Assembly (NCBI GenBank): GCA_944372075.1
Contig: CALVYJ010000131.1
Location: 1-63,584, forward strand
Length of the DNA: 63,584 nucleotides
Reading direction: 5' to 3'
Source of the DNA: an uncultured Clostridia bacterium
GTDB taxonomy: Bacteria > Bacillota > Clostridia > Christensenellales > Borkfalkiaceae
Shown here: piece after piece, positions 60,238 through 63,584 of the stretch
Numbering within the stretch: the stretch's first letter is position 1
Layout: each line of letters opens with the position of its first letter
Program-made: the position numbers and the translations under genes
Notes under the pieces: generated by a model
Seen by the model: only the letters and a program-made list of their open reading frames with translations
Database searches by the model: none
Told to the model about the DNA's origin: nothing

Positions 60238-61248
60238 TTACATTGATTCGACGTTATTTGCACTACTGCCGAAAAATAATTGCGTATTTACTGCATTCAA
60301 CGCCGCTGCCGCCGACCACTCCCCGGATTTTATACGGTTCATTGCTTCAAAAATTCGGAAATACAATTCTTCCACCCGTTTGATTCCCAGCGATTCCGCT
60401 TGCCGCCTGTTGACTTTAACGCCATATTCTTTCATTCCCAACACTTTCGCCGTCTCAACATCGCTTTTCCGCAAAACCAGAATTTCATACATGCCCCGAT
60501 AATAGGAGCATAATGCATTCAAAATTGCCGTTTCATCAAAACCTTTTGATAATAATTCTGCCTGCACCGTGAGAAATTTAGTAAAATTTCGAAGCTCCAA
60601 TGCGTTCGACATCTCATAAATCTTATAATCTGCATCGCGATAGACGACATTATCAACATCACACGGCTCTATTCTCTTGCTTTTCGCAGCAAATGCGATC
60701 AGTTTTTCTGTCTCGCCCCGAATGCGCGTCATGTCCGATAAACAATAACGCATGATCCTTTCGCAACTGTCCGTGTCGATCGAAATTCCGGCTCGCTTGA
60801 ACTGCGTATAGATCCATCGCAAAACCGTATCTTCGTCCGCCTTTGAACAATCTACCCAGGTAACGTTTGCACCTTTGCGCAGATCAAACGACTTCCCTTT
60901 CGCCGCTGTCGAATTGACTATTAACAGTATCGTGTCCGGTTGCGGATGTTCAAAATATTCTTTCAAATACCTTTCATAATCCGCTTCCGTAGGATAAAAA
61001 TCTGTCACTTTGACAATTCTCTTCTCACTCATAAAAGGGATGCTCTGTACGGCCGCAAGCAATGCCGTCAATTGACTTCCCTTCATCGTTTCACCATGAA
61101 ATACTGAAAAATTTAAGGACGGCTCTTGCAAAAATTTTTCCTTTAACATCTCTTCGCCGCGTTCCTTAAAATATTCCTCTTCGCCGTCAAACAAATAAAT
61201 AGGAGCAGGATCCGTTTCCAGACTTTTCTTAAATAATACGAATTTCAC
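60238..61248 (-). CDS. holA: DNA polymerase III delta subunit
   Basis: IYLFDGEEEY, PFMSEKRIV, ETEKL; canonical position downstream of comEC. Confidence 0.9.
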   Translation of the reverse strand: MKFVLFKKSLETDPAPIYLFDGEEEYFKERGEEMLKEKFLQEPSLNFSVFHGETMKGSQLTALLAAVQSIPFMSEKRIVKVTDFYPTEADYERYLKEYFEHPQPDTILLIVNSTAAKGKSFDLRKGANVTWVDCSKADEDTVLRWIYTQFKRAGISIDTDSCERIMRYCLSDMTRIRGETEKLIAFAAKSKRIEPCDVDNVVYRDADYKIYEMSNALELRNFTKFLTVQAELLSKGFDETAILNALCSYYRGMYEILVLRKSDVETAKVLGMKEYGVKVNRRQAESLGIKRVEELYFRIFEAMNRIKSGEWSAAAALNAVNTQLFFGSSANNVESM

Positions 61249-61251
61249 CGA

Positions 61252-63450
61252 TCATGCCTCCTTTATGATTACCTTTTCATCTTGCACGCTCAATTCTATA
61301 TCTCCGCTGTCTTGTATAGACAATTTATTCAACGCGCGTTCAAAATAAATTTCCTCCGCGGGCATACATTCTTGCGCAAGATCGCTTTCTTTTTCGGCGA
61401 TCATCACGTCGCATTGCGGCAACCCGCTTTCACTTTGAGCATCGTCCCGTATAAAAAGTATGTCCGCCCCGTCAAAATTCATGTACAAAACCCGCTCGTT
61501 TACAAAATCAAAATTTTGTTTCCCCATCGAAAAAAATCCGTCCTGTCTCCTTACGCGTACGCTGTGAAACGAGTTGACAAACGAGCTGTCCGCGCTTATA
61601 TATAAATCGTCAATCGAGGCATACTCCAAAAACACCGGTACTGCCGTATTTACATCTCTGGCCGATCCGATCGTAATCAATACATCGATTTTATGAATCC
61701 CCTCACGCAGCAAAACGCGCTCAACATGATCCGCATCAGGCACCCCATAAGAAATGATCGCCGTGTTTTCGCTTTCTCTGTAAACGACAAAATTACTTCC
61801 GTAATACCCGTGTAATGAAAGGATCCCCGCATCATAGAAGGCCAGATTTTGCGTACACATCATCGCGACCATCAATATGCTCAAAAGAAATGCGCCCGCC
61901 GCTTTTACCCATACGCGAAAATTGATCTTATCCGATAAAAGCCAAATTATCAAGTACCAAATTACAGCCGCTCCTCCAAATGAAAAACCCGCAATTAACA
62001 GCGTATCAAACTCCAACATCATAATCGGAAGGACGGCGATTTGCAAAAGGTATTCCGGTATAAACAGGATGATCGACCCCGCAATCGGAATGATTGCCGC
62101 AGCCATACAGCAGACAAACAATACGGCATAAACTGCGCTTATCAGCGGTATAAACAGTAAATTCAAGAAAAAGCTGATCGCCGAAACGTACCCGAAACAA
62201 TCCAGCAAGATCGGGAATGTGCATATCTGTGCAGACAACGCGGTTCCGACAGCCGTAGCAACGGACTGTCTGATGTGCGGTATCCGACTAATTTTGCGGG
62301 ACAAATGTCCTCCCAAAACGACGATTCCGCCCGCAGCGGCAACGGACAGCTGAAAGCCAACCGAAAATAAATACAGAGGATTGATGACAAGCACGGCAAA
62401 CGAAGCCACCGAAACGGAATTTAAGCGATCGTACTGGAACCCGGCTACATCCGACGCCAACAAAACCAAACACATGATAAACGCCCGCACGGACGACGGT
62501 GAAAATCCGCATATCCCTACATATAAAAATAAAAAGATCGATACGACAAAAAAGCGCAACCACTTATGAATATTCAGCCGTTTTAAGAAAAAAGTCAATA
62601 CACCGTAAACGACGCCGATATGTAATCCGGAAACAGCAAAAATATGCGCAACCCCGCCGTATCGAAAATTTTGCAAAACTTCGTCATCCATGAAGCCGCT
62701 GTTTCCAGTAATCATCGCATAGGCGATCGACGCATTGTTTGTTTCCATGCTCGCGTAAATCGTATTGCGCAAATGGAGATCGATTTGATTGAAAACATTG
62801 GCAGCCGTCTTCCCCTCTACTTGAAAAGCGTCTTCCTCCGCAAACGCGCGATATCGTATCTTTTCAAGCATCGAAGAGGCATTCAGTTTACCATATTCCC
62901 AACTTTGAATCGTTGTGACTTCCGCAGAAAAAGCAACGCGATCTCCTAACGCCAATTCCTCTTCCCCTTGGTATACATAAACTCGTAGTTTATAAGCGCC
63001 CGGATTGATCTCTCCCGACTCCCTGTCAACTATCGTAAGATCCGATATCGTATAGACCTGCGTTTCATTTGCAACGCCGATCTCATCGACAGTCCCTAAA
63101 ACGTAACAGACCCCGTCAAGATTCGGCAAACGGTCGAATTGCGCAATTCGCATTCCGAGAGAAAAAGAACCGATCAGAAACAAACAACAAAACACGGCGG
63201 CGGCAGGCAAGGCGCTCCCCGTATGTTTGCTCCTCATTTTCCGAATCAAACAGATACAGCCGATCGGGCTCAGAACCGTCAAAAAGAATAAGGAATATAA
63301 CCCCAAAAAATAATATGCGGCAATACCGCCGCCAAAACTCAACGCCGCTAATAGAAGCGGACGAAAATTAACGATGCGCAAACCGCAAAAAAGAATATGA
63401 TCATCTCTGCGGTCATATTTAATTTTGCTTTCGCCTCGTTCTCGTATCAT
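61252..63450 (-). CDS. comEC: ComEC/Rec2 DNA-uptake channel protein
   Basis: GVAHIFAVSGLH, SPSSVRA, NPLYLFSVGFQLS; OB-like N-terminal domain; degenerate C-terminal domain. Confidence 0.92.
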   Translation of the reverse strand: MIRERGESKIKYDRRDDHILFCGLRIVNFRPLLLAALSFGGGIAAYYFLGLYSLFFLTVLSPIGCICLIRKMRSKHTGSALPAAAVFCCLFLIGSFSLGMRIAQFDRLPNLDGVCYVLGTVDEIGVANETQVYTISDLTIVDRESGEINPGAYKLRVYVYQGEEELALGDRVAFSAEVTTIQSWEYGKLNASSMLEKIRYRAFAEEDAFQVEGKTAANVFNQIDLHLRNTIYASMETNNASIAYAMITGNSGFMDDEVLQNFRYGGVAHIFAVSGLHIGVVYGVLTFFLKRLNIHKWLRFFVVSIFLFLYVGICGFSPSSVRAFIMCLVLLASDVAGFQYDRLNSVSVASFAVLVINPLYLFSVGFQLSVAAAGGIVVLGGHLSRKISRIPHIRQSVATAVGTALSAQICTFPILLDCFGYVSAISFFLNLLFIPLISAVYAVLFVCCMAAAIIPIAGSIILFIPEYLLQIAVLPIMMLEFDTLLIAGFSFGGAAVIWYLIIWLLSDKINFRVWVKAAGAFLLSILMVAMMCTQNLAFYDAGILSLHGYYGSNFVVYRESENTAIISYGVPDADHVERVLLREGIHKIDVLITIGSARDVNTAVPVFLEYASIDDLYISADSSFVNSFHSVRVRRQDGFFSMGKQNFDFVNERVLYMNFDGADILFIRDDAQSESGLPQCDVMIAEKESDLAQECMPAEEIYFERALNKLSIQDSGDIELSVQDEKVIIKEA

Positions 63451-63584
63451 AACACTAAATAAATATAGTACGTTCCGTCGATCAAAACCACGTCGTCGTA
63501 TGCGATTTTTGCCTCCGCGTCAATCTTTGACGGCGGATCGACAACGCCTGCGACACAAAACAGCTCCCGATACGTACTGCCAAA
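63447..63584 (-). CDS. 3' end of an upstream gene (partial), possibly ComEA/SLBB-like
   Basis: Open frame ...FGSTYRELFCVAGVVDPPSKIDAEAKIAYDDVVLIDGTYYIYLVL*; its stop overlaps the comEC ATG. Confidence 0.55.
   Translation of the reverse strand, partial: FGSTYRELFCVAGVVDPPSKIDAEAKIAYDDVVLIDGTYYIYLVL

Overview
Core chromosomal segment of an anaerobic, spore-forming Firmicute (Clostridia-like; inferred from spoIVB, ylbJ, hprK, PFL, class III FBPase, clostridial fused PurL and sigA/sigE-type promoters). Most genes are on the minus strand, which is probably the leading strand. Contents: partial deoB; spoIVB; an atpBEFHAGDC operon with an unusually short delta; rarA; the patatin/ylbJ/coaD/rsmD locus with DAHP synthase and pheA inserted; alr; an XRE regulator and an SGNH hydrolase; pflBA under a ZTP riboswitch plus an NrdR-like box; fbp; an OmpR-family two-component system; the uncharacterised radical SAM/TIGR03915 DNA-repair pair; a de novo purine operon with split PurH; mscL; a TM1266-family gene plus NitT/TauT ABC transporter behind a structured leader RNA; uvrC-HAD-hprK-galT-galE; arsR; copA; reverse rubrerythrin; aspartokinase; DUF1015; cdaA followed by a 39-aa mini-CdaR; holA; comEC. 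I saw no rRNA, tRNA, CRISPR array, IS element or prophage gene. Best novelty candidates: (1) the unrecognised terminator/antiterminator leader over the TM1266 + ABC operon, (2) the TM-only CdaR microprotein, (3) dual NrdR/ZTP control of PFL, (4) the SOS-like-controlled radical SAM pair, (5) the atypical F-ATPase. All family calls come from motif recognition by eye; no database searches were run.
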